From Candidatus Levyibacteriota bacterium (lineage in GTDB: Bacteria > Patescibacteriota > Microgenomatia > Levybacterales > UBA12049), in contig PLZJ01000002.1 in NCBI GenBank assembly GCA_003152105.1, forward strand, positions 848,112-912,111: 64,000 nt of DNA. The letters are read 5' to 3'. The notes beneath the pieces were generated by a model, which saw only the letters and a program-made list of their open reading frames with translations, was not told where the DNA came from and ran no database searches. The position numbers were made by a program, and so were the translations under genes. Shown piece after piece: positions 29,855 through 39,800 of this stretch. How positions within the stretch are numbered: position 1 is the first letter of the stretch; every line of letters begins with the position of its first letter.

Positions 29855-29973
29855 TGATTAGTATATATAGAGCACTCATATAAGCCTAGATTGTTTACGA
29901 TAATTTGTCAATTAATAATCAAATACAATTATAAAGTCTCCTCTTAAACTCTGCTACAATTACATATAAGTAT

Positions 29974-31155
29974 ATGTCCTTACAAAAAAATATTCGATTA
30001 TTGACATGGTTTAATTTTTTTACTGATTTTAAAATGTATGGTCCAATTGCAATAATATATTTCTCGCATATCTCTCATTCCTATGCTTTAGGGGGATTAG
30101 TATTTTCTATAGCATATATCGTCTCAGCGCTATTTGATGTACCTACGGGGATATTTGCTGACAGAATAGGAAGAAAAAAAACTATTATTCTTGGGGCGGT
30201 TTTTGCAGCTTTATTTGTAATTTTTTACGCAATAGGTCTAAATTTCTGGTTACTTGCTGTAGGAGCCTTTTTTGAAGGATTATCGCGTGCCTTTTATAGT
30301 GGAAATAATAATGCATTGCTTCATAATATGTTGTCCGATGAAGGCATGGAGCATGATTATCATGTATATCTTGGTAGATTGACTTCATGGTTTCAAATAG
30401 CTCTTGCTGTTTCAGGCTTACTTGGAGCATTTATAGCAAACTTTTCATTCCCACTTGTTATGTGGTTATCGGTAATACCTCAAGTTGTATGTTTGTATAT
30501 TAGTTTTCAAATTACGGATCGAAGTAATAACAAAATATCGGAAACTTCGGTAATACAAGATTTAAAAAGAGGATTTGCAGCTTTTAAAAATAATGCAAAC
30601 TTAAGACTACTTACTATTTCAAGTATATTAGATTATGGATTCGGAGAAACATCCTATCAGTTCCAGGCAGCATTTTATAACACAATTCTGCCAATTTGGG
30701 CAGTTGGGATTGCAAAAACATTATCCAACATAGGTGCTGCAATAGGTTTTAGATTTAGCGGATGGGTAATTAACAAACTTGGAGCAATAAACACTCTCTT
30801 TTATGGTGAAATATACGGTAAATGTGTTGCATTTTTCTCTCTTATAGTTATTACCAAGCTGTCTCCATTTCTTATGTCTACAAGTTCCATCTTTTTTGGC
30901 ACGGGTTCAATTGCTGAAGCATCTCTTATGCAAAAAGAGTTTAGTGATCAGCAACGAGCAACTATGTCATCCCTAAATTCTTTTGCTGGTAGTTTATTTT
31001 TCGGGATCCTCGTATATTTAATTGGTTTTCTTGCAGATAAGTTTGACCCTAGAAATGCTCTTTTGCTTCTACAAATTGGGTCATTATCAGTCCTTTATAT
31101 ATTATGGAGATTATTTAAGCAAAATAGGAATATTTCAAAAATACACTTAGAATAG
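29974..31155 (+). CDS. MFS transporter
   Basis: 12 TMs, PTGIFADRIGRK motif A. Confidence 0.9.
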   Translation: MSLQKNIRLLTWFNFFTDFKMYGPIAIIYFSHISHSYALGGLVFSIAYIVSALFDVPTGIFADRIGRKKTIILGAVFAALFVIFYAIGLNFWLLAVGAFFEGLSRAFYSGNNNALLHNMLSDEGMEHDYHVYLGRLTSWFQIALAVSGLLGAFIANFSFPLVMWLSVIPQVVCLYISFQITDRSNNKISETSVIQDLKRGFAAFKNNANLRLLTISSILDYGFGETSYQFQAAFYNTILPIWAVGIAKTLSNIGAAIGFRFSGWVINKLGAINTLFYGEIYGKCVAFFSLIVITKLSPFLMSTSSIFFGTGSIAEASLMQKEFSDQQRATMSSLNSFAGSLFFGILVYLIGFLADKFDPRNALLLLQIGSLSVLYILWRLFKQNRNISKIHLE

Positions 31156-31167
31156 TAATTATAAAAT

Positions 31168-31269
31168 GCTGGAGCGGCGGACTCAAATTATTTGGAACCG
31201 CTGCTTAGCCATTTTAACAAGTTAATGGAGGCTTATCAAGCATTATCCAAGGAGGATAATGATGAATAA
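31168..31269 (+). other. Left junction: displaced 3' end of the serine recombinase gene
   Basis: Reads AGAADSNYLEPLLSHFNKLMEAYQALSKEDNDE* in the same frame as LSR SGA at 60834; no start codon before the core. Confidence 0.7.
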
Positions 31270-31717
31270 TTCCTTCAAATCCCAGTTATTTGATGAAAAA
31301 ACGTTCTATCCTACTTTTCTCCAAGATTTATATCATAGCAAAGAAGAGGTAATAATTGAAAGTCCTTTTATTACAACAAGTAGAGTTAATCAGTTTTATA
31401 CAGTTCTTAACACACTTTTACAAAACAGCGTAAAGATTTACATTATTACTAAAGCTCCTGAGCAATATGACAACCTCATAATGAAACACCAAGCTCAAAT
31501 TGCTGTACATAATTTTGAATGTATGGGCGTACAAGCTTTACTGGCTACAAATAATCATCATCGCAAGCTTGCAATTCTAGATAGAAAAATACTTTGGGAA
31601 GGTAGTTTAAATATACTTTCTCAAAATAATAGTAGAGAAATAATGAGAAGAATAGATTCAAATGAGGTTACTAAAGAAATGATTAAATTTACTAAGCTTA
31701 TTAAAATTATTTCATGA
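31259..31717 (+). CDS. Phospholipase D-like (single HKD) nuclease
   Basis: IESPFIT, HRKLAILD...WEGSLN; AAGGAGG SD. Confidence 0.85.
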   Translation: MMNNSFKSQLFDEKTFYPTFLQDLYHSKEEVIIESPFITTSRVNQFYTVLNTLLQNSVKIYIITKAPEQYDNLIMKHQAQIAVHNFECMGVQALLATNNHHRKLAILDRKILWEGSLNILSQNNSREIMRRIDSNEVTKEMIKFTKLIKIIS

Positions 31718-31841
31718 AGTTAGTCTTAAAAGCGAAAATGTGCAACACACGGATTTATCGGATTATAATCACTGAGTTGGATAAAATAGGAAGATTAGCA
31801 TGAATTAACAGCGCAAAGTAATTAAGTGATATAATGATTTT

Positions 31842-32387
31842 ATGATTGTGCGTTTATTAACATTTCCTCTTTTACTTTTAGCTCTTAGCATATTTTTTTC
31901 TACTCCTACAAATGCACAAATGATGGGTAGTTACAATAATCCATCGATTACAGTTAGTCCCAAAGATATTCAGCAACAGCAACTAGATGAAGCACAAGGT
32001 AAACAGCTCCTAACTCAATTGCAAAGCAATCAATTAACTTGTCAAAAACTAAGTAGTACAGACTTTGAAAAAATAGGTGAATATGCTATGAGCCAAAAAT
32101 TCAATAATACTAACACCCATATTCAAATGAACAACAATATCAAGGGTATGATGGGAAATAATGGAGAAGAGAATATGCATATCAAAATTGGACAACAAGC
32201 GAGTAATTGTTATCCAAATATGAAAGGAGGTGGATATCATATGATGGGTTGGGGTAATGGAGGAAACATGATGTATGGAAATGGATTTGGAGCATTTGGA
32301 ATTATATTTTCACTGTTTTGGTTAGTTGGTTTTATTGACCTAGTTTTACTAGGACTTTGGCTTTATAAACAGTTAAAGAAAAAATAA
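31842..32387 (+). CDS. Exported Met/His-rich protein with C-terminal TM
   Basis: Signal peptide, MMG repeats, H..M...M.G..GEE.MH. Confidence 0.7.
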   Translation: MIVRLLTFPLLLLALSIFFSTPTNAQMMGSYNNPSITVSPKDIQQQQLDEAQGKQLLTQLQSNQLTCQKLSSTDFEKIGEYAMSQKFNNTNTHIQMNNNIKGMMGNNGEENMHIKIGQQASNCYPNMKGGGYHMMGWGNGGNMMYGNGFGAFGIIFSLFWLVGFIDLVLLGLWLYKQLKKK

Positions 32388-32388
32388 A

Positions 32389-32910
32389 ATGAAGAATAAA
32401 AAGCTGTTTATCATAGTCATTGCAGTTATTCTTGTAATTGTAGGTATTGCTTCATATTTTATCTACCACAGACTACAGCCTCAAGCTAAAATACATTATC
32501 ATGCTGGGTTTGCGGTATTTAACAACAATCAAAAGATAGATTTTTCCAATATAAAATACATGTATGAAAAACCATGTACTTTAACTGGTAAAGCAACTGA
32601 AACAGATTCTAATAACCAATTAGAAAAAGCACACCTACATGATCAGGTTGGAGACGTAGTTCACATTGAACAAGCTGGGGCACTATGGAAAGACTTATTC
32701 ACGAACATTAAATATCCACTTGATTACGCTAAAACTCAAGGATATATTAACCATATAAAGATAACCAATTATCAAAACCAAGCTATTCATAATAATGATG
32801 TATTAGTTGTTTTTCAGGGAAGTAATAATATATCAAAAGATTTACCTCAAGAACCCACAGTCGCGTATATTGATAGAATGGCAAAAAAAAGTACATCTTG
32901 TAGTGATTAA
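32389..32910 (+). CDS. Membrane-anchored His-motif hypothetical protein
   Basis: N-terminal TM, HYHAGF, HLHD...VVHIE. Confidence 0.7.
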   Translation: MKNKKLFIIVIAVILVIVGIASYFIYHRLQPQAKIHYHAGFAVFNNNQKIDFSNIKYMYEKPCTLTGKATETDSNNQLEKAHLHDQVGDVVHIEQAGALWKDLFTNIKYPLDYAKTQGYINHIKITNYQNQAIHNNDVLVVFQGSNNISKDLPQEPTVAYIDRMAKKSTSCSD

Positions 32911-32918
32911 TTTATCAT

Positions 32919-34070
32919 ATGAATGTTATATTCCAAATACTTTATGTATCCTTCTCAATGTTTTGGGAAGTTCTCTGGCCACTCATTCTAGGGTTTGCCC
33001 TCTCAGGAGTAGTGCAAGCCGTTGTATCTCATAAAGCCATAGCAAAGAAACTTGGAGGCAATTCGACTCGTAATCTTTCTTATGCTACTCTTTTTGGAAT
33101 TGCATCAAGTTCCTGTTCCTATGCCGCAATAGCACTTGCTCGTTCCCTTTTCCAAAAAGGTGCCTCTTTTACTTCAGCAATGGTATTTGAACTTGCCTCA
33201 ACTAATCTTGTTATCGAACTTGGCATTATTCTTGTAGTTCTTTTAGGATGGCAGTTTATGGCAGCAGAATTTGTGGGTGGAATCATAATGGTAATTCTTA
33301 TTGCATTAATCTTTCGCTTAACACTTACTCCAAAACTTATTAAGCTTGCACAAAACCATGCTGCAAAAGGAATTGCGGGAAAAATGGAAGGGCATGCAGC
33401 TATGGATATGAGTGTATCAGGAAACGGTACATTTCTACAAAAGTTACTAAGTAATAAAGGATTTACAGCGATAAGTGAATACTTTGTTATGGACTGGGTA
33501 TCAGTTTGGATTGATATAGCTCTTGGCTTTCTTGTTGCAGGAGCTCTTGCAGTGCTAGTTCCCCACGCATTTTGGCAGGCATTTTTCTTAACTGGACATC
33601 CAACACTTGCAAAAATTGAAGGCCCGCTTGTTGGGCCACTTGTTGCGATAATTTCCTTTGTCTGTTCAGTTGGTAATGTACCACTGGCTGCAGTACTTTG
33701 GCAAGGAGGCATTAGTTTTGGTGGGGTAGTGAGTTTTATCTTTGCAGACCTTATTGTACTTCCTGTTCTTGATATTTACCGCAAATATTACGGATGGAAA
33801 GTAATGAGCTACATACTTATTACTTTTTATATCACTATGGCGGCAGCAGGATATATCGTTGAGTTTCTTTTTGAATCACTCCACATTATTCCAACAAATC
33901 GTCATGTTGCTATTCTTACCGAAGGTATACACTGGAATTATACTAGCTATTTAAATATTGTTTTTCTTGTTTTCGCTGCAATTCTTTTTGTTCGATTTGT
34001 TAAAACTGGAGGAATTAAAATGCTATCAATGATGGATAAAACTGAATTGAAAATGGAACACAAGCACTAA
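32919..34070 (+). CDS. Permease (DUF318/ArsP-like)
   Basis: SSSCSYAA, ASTNLVIELG, SFVCSVGNVP; multi-TM. Confidence 0.8.
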   Translation: MNVIFQILYVSFSMFWEVLWPLILGFALSGVVQAVVSHKAIAKKLGGNSTRNLSYATLFGIASSSCSYAAIALARSLFQKGASFTSAMVFELASTNLVIELGIILVVLLGWQFMAAEFVGGIIMVILIALIFRLTLTPKLIKLAQNHAAKGIAGKMEGHAAMDMSVSGNGTFLQKLLSNKGFTAISEYFVMDWVSVWIDIALGFLVAGALAVLVPHAFWQAFFLTGHPTLAKIEGPLVGPLVAIISFVCSVGNVPLAAVLWQGGISFGGVVSFIFADLIVLPVLDIYRKYYGWKVMSYILITFYITMAAAGYIVEFLFESLHIIPTNRHVAILTEGIHWNYTSYLNIVFLVFAAILFVRFVKTGGIKMLSMMDKTELKMEHKH

Positions 34071-34168
34071 TGTTGTTAAATAACTATACTATGAGCTTGA
34101 TACCGGTATGACTGTGAGCCTAGTAAAAACCCTGATTGTTTTATATTTAAAATAACTAAATCAATTTT

Positions 34169-34384
34169 TCAATAGTTAGTTATTTTTGAAACTTCTACTC
34201 CGAGAGCATTTGCAATTTTCTGTAGCTTCTCACTTGAAGTTGTTACTTCACCTCGCTCAATTACAGCAAAGTAATTAGTATTCATACCAGCTTTTTTAGC
34301 GATCTCATCTTGAGTTTTCCCAGACTCTTCTCTTATTAACTTGATTCTATTTCCTACCCCAATACTGAACTTTGTACTAGTCAT
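34169..34384 (-). CDS. XRE-family HTH regulator
   Basis: IR...GKTQDEIA...IERGE...LQKIANALGV. Confidence 0.9.
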   Translation of the reverse strand: MTSTKFSIGVGNRIKLIREESGKTQDEIAKKAGMNTNYFAVIERGEVTTSSEKLQKIANALGVEVSKITNY

Positions 34385-34420
34385 ATCTCGATATTATACC
34401 AAAAAAGTATTTTTTACAAT

Positions 34421-35041
34421 TTAAGGATCTCCCTCAATAAAAGTTCTCGGATTTACGGGTATATTAAATACGTCAATTTCAAAATGTAAATGTGGTCCTG
34501 TTGCCCAACCTGTTTCCCCCTCTTTTCCTATAATTGTCTGCCCTGCAACCACTTTATCTCCTTTTTGAACGTTTCTTTCACTTAAATGCCCATAAAGTGA
34601 GACTATATTATTCCCATTATCAATAACAATATGATTTCCATACCCCCAGTTAATCTCATCTGAATAAATAACAGTCCCACTTATAGCAGCAACAATTGGA
34701 GTGCCTTCAACATTTGCGATATCTATGCCTGTATGAAGAGGTTGGTATGGTAGGTCATTTGCACCAAATTCAAGCGTTACAACTCCATGTAATGGCCAGG
34801 TAGAGGTAATAGGAACAGTTGCTATAACTTTGCCAGTTATGGGATCATGGATATCAACATTATGTGTGTGAGTATCTTGACTTACTAATTGATCAGAAAC
34901 AATCTGTATACCTGCATTAGTTAAAATAAAAATAGAAAAAATAGGAATGGTAAAAAGAAGGATAAAAGTTAAACTGACAATTTGGAATTCACGCTTAAGA
35001 GAGTGAATTGCCATTATGCTTTTTAAAAGATTAGGATTCAC
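34421..35041 (-). CDS. M23 peptidase (T4SS cell-wall hydrolase)
   Basis: HTGID, YGHL, TGPHLHFE; overlaps virB4 stop. Confidence 0.9.
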   Translation of the reverse strand: MNPNLLKSIMAIHSLKREFQIVSLTFILLFTIPIFSIFILTNAGIQIVSDQLVSQDTHTHNVDIHDPITGKVIATVPITSTWPLHGVVTLEFGANDLPYQPLHTGIDIANVEGTPIVAAISGTVIYSDEINWGYGNHIVIDNGNNIVSLYGHLSERNVQKGDKVVAGQTIIGKEGETGWATGPHLHFEIDVFNIPVNPRTFIEGDP

Positions 35042-36851
35042 GTATTACTTGCCTCTCAGAAGGATCTGTAGTAATGAGAGGATGCTCTTTTTCAGCTGCA
35101 ACTACTTTTATTGCAACGTGATTTTGATCAGCAATAATTAGCGCTTCACCCTTGTCGCAAGTTAATAAGAACTTTTGTTCATACTCAGATAAATTAAATT
35201 CTTTGGCTACATTTGTAATAGTGGTGGTGTCTTGACGCATTAGTATTCGAAGAGAACTTTGCGAAGCAATTGCTTTACCGTATTCATTATTTAAAAAGTC
35301 ATTTGCCTGCTGTGAAATAATAGAAACCCCTAAATAGTACTTTCTTGCTCGTCTTACAAGTCCTGCAACAAATCTAGCGCTTTCCTGGTGCTCAAGTAGC
35401 ATCCATCCCTCATCAATTACAAGTAAACGCTTGGCAATGTTACTTTTTACCTGGTTATAGACAAAGTTGGAAAGTACAACCATCATTATTTGCCTCAATG
35501 ACTCTGGTAAATCTTTAATATCAAAAATGATTAATCTGTTATTTAATTTAATATTTGTTTTACTATCAAATACACTCGAGAGTGACCCTTTGACATATTT
35601 TTCAAGTCTTGAGCAAAGATCTTTTTCCTTGAGCTCTTTAAGCGTTTTGTAAAGGTCTTTAAGAAGTGGATACTCTTTACCCTTTTTAGCTCCATTTAAT
35701 GAAAAACCCAACTTTTTGTACGTTTGTATAATCGCTCGGTCAAGTACTGCCTTTTCATTAGGGGATAATCCCTCTGCCATAAGAGAAATGATTTCAGTTA
35801 AATCTTGAATATGCATTGACAAAGTTTCATCTTGCGTTAAAGAAAGATCAAAGGGATTGATCTTTTCATTAGATTTTGCAGAAAGTTTTATATATGTTCC
35901 GTTTACTGATTTTGTTAATTGTGCATATTCGCGCTCCGGATCAATAACAATTACTTTAGTTCCTTGCATGAGCTGTCTTAAAATCTCAACTTTGGCTGTA
36001 TATGACTTTCCAGACCCGGATTGAGCAAAAATTATCGAATTAGCGTTGTGTAAAGAAAACCGATCAAGTATGACAAGCGAGTTATTTGATCTGTTTATTC
36101 CATAGAGTATTCCTTTGTCTTGTACAAGTTCTGAGGAAACAAATGGAAAAGTTAAAGCTGCAGTAGAACTATCTAAATTTCTTTTTTGGTTTAGCGCGTT
36201 ATCAGCCCTTGGAAGTACTGAAGTTAAACCGAGTAACTGTTGAAATGTTGCAGTTTTGGTGTAAAAAAGGCGTGTTGCCATAACAGTATTAAGTAGTTTT
36301 GTCTTTTTGTTGAGTTCATTTAATGAATCGGCAAAAAGTGCGATGTAAATCGACACCTGAAAGAGTTTTTCTTGACCTCGAAGTATTTTATTTTTAAGAT
36401 CAACAGCAGATTGAAGTGGATCTAAAATTTCTGTTCCTACAATACTTCCATTCTTTGTTCGTGCGCGCTTAATTGATTCAAACTCAGTAATCTTCCTGGT
36501 AAGTTTTGGAATTGCACTTGATGCTTCAATTTGTTCTATATGGTAAGAAATATCAGCATTATGATTAAAATTAATCAGCATGTTTAACCAACCAGAAGTT
36601 GCGTTGTAGGGGTAACCCGAAATAAATAATACTCTAATGTATTTATCATCAATGTAGAGGTAACTTTTCTCATTTAGGAGTCCTGAGTAGGAAATGTGAT
36701 CGATTATATCTTGTGTTCCAAATTCAAACTTTAAAGCCTCTATCTTGGCTTTCTTATTCTTTCTTCTTTTCTTTAACTTTTTGGTAACTTTGTTAAAGTT
36801 ATTAAAGCTTGAATAGATGTTTGTATAAATGTTAGATATTAGTTGATCCAT
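35031..36851 (-). CDS. virB4: VirB4-like conjugation ATPase
   Basis: AQSGSGKS Walker A, IDPEREY, VIDEGW, RRARKY. Confidence 0.88.
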   Translation of the reverse strand: MDQLISNIYTNIYSSFNNFNKVTKKLKKRRKNKKAKIEALKFEFGTQDIIDHISYSGLLNEKSYLYIDDKYIRVLFISGYPYNATSGWLNMLINFNHNADISYHIEQIEASSAIPKLTRKITEFESIKRARTKNGSIVGTEILDPLQSAVDLKNKILRGQEKLFQVSIYIALFADSLNELNKKTKLLNTVMATRLFYTKTATFQQLLGLTSVLPRADNALNQKRNLDSSTAALTFPFVSSELVQDKGILYGINRSNNSLVILDRFSLHNANSIIFAQSGSGKSYTAKVEILRQLMQGTKVIVIDPEREYAQLTKSVNGTYIKLSAKSNEKINPFDLSLTQDETLSMHIQDLTEIISLMAEGLSPNEKAVLDRAIIQTYKKLGFSLNGAKKGKEYPLLKDLYKTLKELKEKDLCSRLEKYVKGSLSSVFDSKTNIKLNNRLIIFDIKDLPESLRQIMMVVLSNFVYNQVKSNIAKRLLVIDEGWMLLEHQESARFVAGLVRRARKYYLGVSIISQQANDFLNNEYGKAIASQSSLRILMRQDTTTITNVAKEFNLSEYEQKFLLTCDKGEALIIADQNHVAIKVVAAEKEHPLITTDPSERQVIRES

Positions 36852-37446
36852 AGTTTGTTATTTTACCTATTGCCTCAGCGGACAATGGTTGTATTTTGTT
36901 TTGTACTTCAGAATAGAAGGAATAAAACATTTGCAATATTTCTAAGTTTTCCAAAGGCCTGGCACGCATTCCCATTTTCTCAATGCCCTTAATAACAATG
37001 TCTTGCGTAACTTGTAGCTGCTCTTTTATTAAAGAAAAATCACTATTATCAGTAGGGCTGTAGGGAATAATAATATAAAACCTTCTGGACAGTATTTTGT
37101 TTCCAGAAACTAGTGACTTAATAAACTCCCTGTAATTTTGGATTTGTTTTTTAAACACCTGTTCTTTTTCGTTTTGTTCAGAAAGCTTTAACTCATCTAA
37201 ATACATATCAATATCTAGTTCTCTAATTCGAACTAGAATCTGTAGTCGTGAAGGAAGGGAGTTTAAGAAGTTTTGAAAGTTTTCAAGCAACGCATCTTGT
37301 TCCTCATCGCTTTTAAGTTCAAAATTAACAGATGATGTTTCAAGTAACACGCAGTATGTGTTTTTAGGAAGAACTAAGATATTGTCCCTAACTTCCTTAA
37401 TTTGTATTTGCGATCTTGATGATAATAAATTAGGCAATAGTGGCAC
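36832..37446 (-). CDS. Conjugation protein (VirB4-associated, TraC/PrgI C-terminal-like)
   Basis: SVNFELKSDEEQ..L..FQNFLNSL, RRFYIIIPY; in tra operon. Confidence 0.7.
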   Translation of the reverse strand: MPLLPNLLSSRSQIQIKEVRDNILVLPKNTYCVLLETSSVNFELKSDEEQDALLENFQNFLNSLPSRLQILVRIRELDIDMYLDELKLSEQNEKEQVFKKQIQNYREFIKSLVSGNKILSRRFYIIIPYSPTDNSDFSLIKEQLQVTQDIVIKGIEKMGMRARPLENLEILQMFYSFYSEVQNKIQPLSAEAIGKITNYGSTNI

Positions 37447-37921
37447 GAATTACTCCTTTCTTATCCGGTATAAGACGAACTTCTTTTCCTTCTATAAATA
37501 ACCGCTCAAAAGCTAATTGGTCAGTTGGAGAATATATTACTTCCTCGACTTCTTTTTCCTTCTTTGCTTTTTTGGTCTTTTTCTTAATTTCATTTTTAAG
37601 GAAACTTAAATCACGCATTGAAGTATCATTTTTGTTAAATAAGTACATTCTTGGAGACAAATAATAAATAGCAATAACAAGTAACCAGTTAAAAATGACT
37701 CTTCCTTTAAGACGAAGTGAGAGAATAAATAGTATTCCTGGAACTAGAATGATAAGTGGTATTTTGTATGGTTCAAGCTCCATGCTTTTAGGAAGAACTG
37801 TATAAATCCCTGCACCTGAAAACAAAGCTATGGTTAATAGAGATATTTGCAGCATTGATAAGTTACCGGCAATTTTATCTTCAACTGTTGTAATTTGAGC
37901 AGGTACTACTGTTGTTTTCAT
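37430..37921 (-). CDS. PrgI/VirB3-like protein
   Basis: VPAQIT.VEDKIAGNLS..Q, 2 TMs. Confidence 0.75.
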   Translation of the reverse strand: MKTTVVPAQITTVEDKIAGNLSMLQISLLTIALFSGAGIYTVLPKSMELEPYKIPLIILVPGILFILSLRLKGRVIFNWLLVIAIYYLSPRMYLFNKNDTSMRDLSFLKNEIKKKTKKAKKEKEVEEVIYSPTDQLAFERLFIEGKEVRLIPDKKGVIRATIA

Positions 37922-39216
37922 ATAGCAACCCTCCTGGCAGGTTTTTTAACTGGCTCAGATGTTCCATAACTATCTTCCGTGTTTTCTTCTTTCTTAGCAG
38001 ATATTACATTAATAAGTTGTGAGCCTACTGCTTTGAACGCACCATTAACTGATGTGTAAAAAGCCATTTGTCCAAGCACTCCTGGAATTTTAAGAAGCGA
38101 AAAGAAAATTCCAACAGCAATAAGAATTGATATTAATGAATTGGTTCCACTTTGCGAAGAAACTGTTAAAAATGAAGACGCCAGTTGAATAGTAACTACA
38201 TGGATAAATACAGTAAAAATGGTTACCATATATGATTTAGCAGCAATCTTTGCAAAATCAGAAGTTCCAGGAAGCGCCCACATGAGAAAAATAAGAGGAG
38301 ATAAAACTGCACCCAGTGAAATGGTTATTAATCTTCCTATGTAATACAAGAGAAGAATAATTGTTAATATAATAAACAGTAGCATAAAAATAAGTGTAAT
38401 TAAGGGAGTGTTATTGGAAACAATAGTTGTTGGATCAAAAGCAGAAAGTACCCAAGCTCCTGTTATTCCACCAGTTGCATTTAAAACTGCCTTAATCATT
38501 GTGTTGCAAAGTGTAATTATCCGATCAATTAAAAATATGGATATGTTTGCTCCAAGAAACGCTAGGACGATCCTACTCATTACTTGTTTTAAATCTATAT
38601 CTTCATATCCAAAAGCTGAGGCACTCATAACATGAAATCCTAAAAGCGCAATAATTACGGCAAATAGCGAGTCGGTAATACCAAGAATAACCAACCAAAA
38701 GTTAAATACAACAGAATTTGTTGCAAGTTGAGGAGTTGTGGTTAAAAAAGTTATAACTCCATCAACAAGTGGTTTTGTTGCTGATTGGATAACATTTTGC
38801 AGTACGCCAACAAACGCGTCAATTAAGACCTGTGCAAGCCCTCCAGAGGGAGTTGCGGGCTGAATTGGAGTAAGTGATAGTCCACCTGTGTTAGAAGGTG
38901 AAATAGGTGTTTCAAACGCATGAGAAAGAATTGCAGTTATTGTTCCAGCACCGATAATAAAGACAAGACCAATTAAAGCGTTTCTAATTGTCTTTTTTGC
39001 TTTGACCAGGTTTTCTGGATTTCCAGACGAGGTTATATATGAATAACCACCCTTAACAAGAAACAGTCCTGATACAAAAGTACCAAGAAGCGTTAATGTA
39101 CCAAGTAAATCTGTTGTATATGGTTGTACGTCTGCGTTAGTTATGGCCATTGCATGAGATGGTACAAGAAGTAATCCTGCCCACAACACGGATAAGATAA
39201 GTAAAAACTTTTTCAT
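37918..39216 (-). CDS. Pilin (TrbC/VirB2)-like N-domain fused to VirB6/TrbL-like membrane domain
   Basis: GGYSYITSSGNPE..KAKKTI.NALIG then polytopic region with GAVLSPL. Confidence 0.7.
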   Translation of the reverse strand: MKKFLLILSVLWAGLLLVPSHAMAITNADVQPYTTDLLGTLTLLGTFVSGLFLVKGGYSYITSSGNPENLVKAKKTIRNALIGLVFIIGAGTITAILSHAFETPISPSNTGGLSLTPIQPATPSGGLAQVLIDAFVGVLQNVIQSATKPLVDGVITFLTTTPQLATNSVVFNFWLVILGITDSLFAVIIALLGFHVMSASAFGYEDIDLKQVMSRIVLAFLGANISIFLIDRIITLCNTMIKAVLNATGGITGAWVLSAFDPTTIVSNNTPLITLIFMLLFIILTIILLLYYIGRLITISLGAVLSPLIFLMWALPGTSDFAKIAAKSYMVTIFTVFIHVVTIQLASSFLTVSSQSGTNSLISILIAVGIFFSLLKIPGVLGQMAFYTSVNGAFKAVGSQLINVISAKKEENTEDSYGTSEPVKKPARRVAI

Positions 39217-39228
39217 AATGTTTGTTTA

Positions 39229-39561
39229 TTACTGTCCACTGCTACCAAATGCAGTTGTTGCAACACCTTGAACAATATTTGTTAAAACCAGTGCGCCAAT
39301 CGCAATTGCCAGACCAATAACTGAGAAAAAGATAGTTTGCTTAGATCTATCCAATCGTTCTGGATTACCAGTACTAGTTATATATCCGATACCACCAATG
39401 ACAATAAAAGTAACTGCAACAACTGTTGCGATAGTTACTAAAATACTTGTAATTGATTTGATAAAGGATTCTACTTTTGTAACATCACCTGAGTCGGCAA
39501 ATACAGGATGTACAAGTGCAAAGAAAAGAATAATAGAATTTAAGATAAGGGCTTTTTTCAT
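39229..39561 (-). CDS. TrbC/VirB2-family pilin
   Basis: Signal peptide, GGIGYITSTGNPERLDRSK, two TMs; GGAGGTGA SD. Confidence 0.8.
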   Translation of the reverse strand: MKKALILNSIILFFALVHPVFADSGDVTKVESFIKSITSILVTIATVVAVTFIVIGGIGYITSTGNPERLDRSKQTIFFSVIGLAIAIGALVLTNIVQGVATTAFGSSGQ

Positions 39562-39606
39562 GCGTCACCTCCTGTTCTTTGTAGGTTTAATTTAGAAAAT
39601 TGGTAT

Positions 39607-39631
39607 AAAAAAAGCGGCAACCGTGCCGCTT
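39607..39631 (-). terminator. Intrinsic terminator inside the tra operon leader
   Basis: Minus strand AAGCGGCA-CGGT-TGCCGCTT then TTTTT, between promoter (TTGCAA-17-TATAGT, 39763-39735) and pilin. Confidence 0.65.
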
Positions 39632-39800
39632 GTTTAAAGTAGTTTTTAATAATTGAGCAGATGCTAAGCAATACAAAGTCCACTTTCATGTATCACTCCA
39701 CACCTGCTTCTAGGACAGTATCAAAGTTGTGCAGACTATATCACTAACTCTAAGGCTTTGCAATAGGGAAAATACTTAGCTAACTTGATATAATACGACC

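Noticed and set aside
33119-33712. 197-aa antisense ORF and similar short shadow ORFs (e.g. 5837, 9041, 12909, 24287, 59618, 62065)
   Set aside because: Overlap well-supported genes and show no motifs
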